Below are positions 63,191 to 64,000 of a stretch of 64,000 nt of DNA, piece by piece. Both the position numbers and the translations under genes were made by a program. Source of the DNA: an uncultured Solirubrobacteraceae bacterium (GTDB taxonomy: Bacteria > Actinomycetota > Thermoleophilia > Solirubrobacterales > Solirubrobacteraceae); the NCBI GenBank assembly GCA_964588985.1, contig CAZPQW010000005.1, positions 32,001 to 96,000 of the forward strand. Direction: 5' to 3'. The first letter of the stretch is position 1; every line of letters starts with the position of its first letter. The notes under the pieces were generated by a model that saw only the letters and a list, made by a program, of their open reading frames with translations, did no database searches and was not told the origin of the DNA.

Positions 63191-64000
63191 TCAGGTCAAT
63201 TGATGTGCAAGCTCGCGGAAGCGCTCCCCCCGCTCCTCGAAGTTGACGAAGAAGTCATAGCTTGGGGCCGCCGGCGAGAGCAGCACGACGCCACCGCCCT
63301 GCGCCAGCCCACGCGCCAGCTCGACCGCCTCGGCGAGATCGGACGCTTCGACTGCCCGCTCCTGCTCCGCCCCAGCCTCGCGAGCGGATGCGATGAGCCG
63401 CGGGCCCGTCGACGGCACCCCGATCACCGTGGCCCCGCGCTCGGCGAGCGCCCGCCCGAGCCCGGCGTAGTCCTGCCCCCTGTCCTGCCCACCGCCGATC
63501 AGCACCACGTCGCGTCCCGGAAAGCTGGCGAGCGCCGCGAGCGCGGACTCGGGCGTGGTGGAGATCGAGTCGTCCACCCACGTGACACCGTCGCGCTCCA
63601 GCACCGTCTCGAGTCGATGCGCGAGCGGACGGAAGTCGGCTAGCGCGTGCGACAGATCGGCAGGGAGCTCGACGCCGAGCGCCTCCAGCGCCGTCAGCGC
63701 CGCACACAGGTTCAGTGCGTTGTGCTCGCCGTGCAGCGGCAGATCGGCGCGCGCGAACTTCGACTCGCCGTGGAGAGTGATCCCACCATCGGCCGGCTCC
63801 CAGCCGCCGGGCACGCCGAACACCTCCACCTCGATGTCCGGATGGGCGCGCGCGATCCGCTCCTCGCGCTCGCCGACGACGGCCACGCGCACCCCGGGCA
63901 GTCCGAGGATCCGCAGCTTGTCCGCGCGGTAGGCGTCCTCGGAGCCGTGCCAGTCGGTGTGCTCGCGAAAGAGGTTCGTGATCACGGCCACCTCGGGTCC
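63191..64000 (-). CDS. murD: UDP-N-acetylmuramoyl-L-alanine--D-glutamate ligase, C-terminal part; starts outside the window
   Basis: TNLFREHTDWH, GEHNALN, HRLE, VDDSISTTP, LLSPAAPSYDFFVNFEERG. Confidence 0.92.
   Translation of the reverse strand, partial: GPEVAVITNLFREHTDWHGSEDAYRADKLRILGLPGVRVAVVGEREERIARAHPDIEVEVFGVPGGWEPADGGITLHGESKFARADLPLHGEHNALNLCAALTALEALGVELPADLSHALADFRPLAHRLETVLERDGVTWVDDSISTTPESALAALASFPGRDVVLIGGGQDRGQDYAGLGRALAERGATVIGVPSTGPRLIASAREAGAEQERAVEASDLAEAVELARGLAQGGGVVLLSPAAPSYDFFVNFEERGERFRELAHQLT

Overview
High-GC bacterial DNA, most consistent with Actinomycetota (inference: class Thermoleophilia / Solirubrobacterales-like, from the fused PafBC, F420-type FDOR, actinobacterial-type ValRS, many leaderless genes and a monoderm-type flagellar gene set). 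Left to right: (i) partial glucose-1-phosphate thymidylyltransferase, a divergent pair of paralogous XRE regulators, an FDOR and a fused PafBC WYL regulator; (ii) a lower-GC three-gene operon of secreted proteins (small Cys-containing beta-rich subunit, intercistronic hairpin, beta-propeller, 1132-aa multidomain protein) plus an orphan paralog of the small subunit nearby, a candidate undescribed surface-fibre system; (iii) a PQQ-type beta-propeller, archaeal-type AspRS and ValRS; (iv) a heme-copper oxidase operon led by an unusual cupredoxin, whose subunits I/II have lost the canonical K-channel residues and have a rewired D-channel entrance; (v) a ~36 kb flagellar cluster (23.5-60 kb) with ten sigma28-type promoters, FliW/CsrA, no recognisable FlgM, FlhG or che genes in the window, a FliM lacking the CheY-binding peptide, a degenerate FlhF and a PilZ protein; (vi) a secreted beta-helix protein, a Tat-exported protein and partial murD. 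No rRNA, tRNA, CRISPR array or transposase was recognised. All calls come from motif recognition by eye; no database searches were run.
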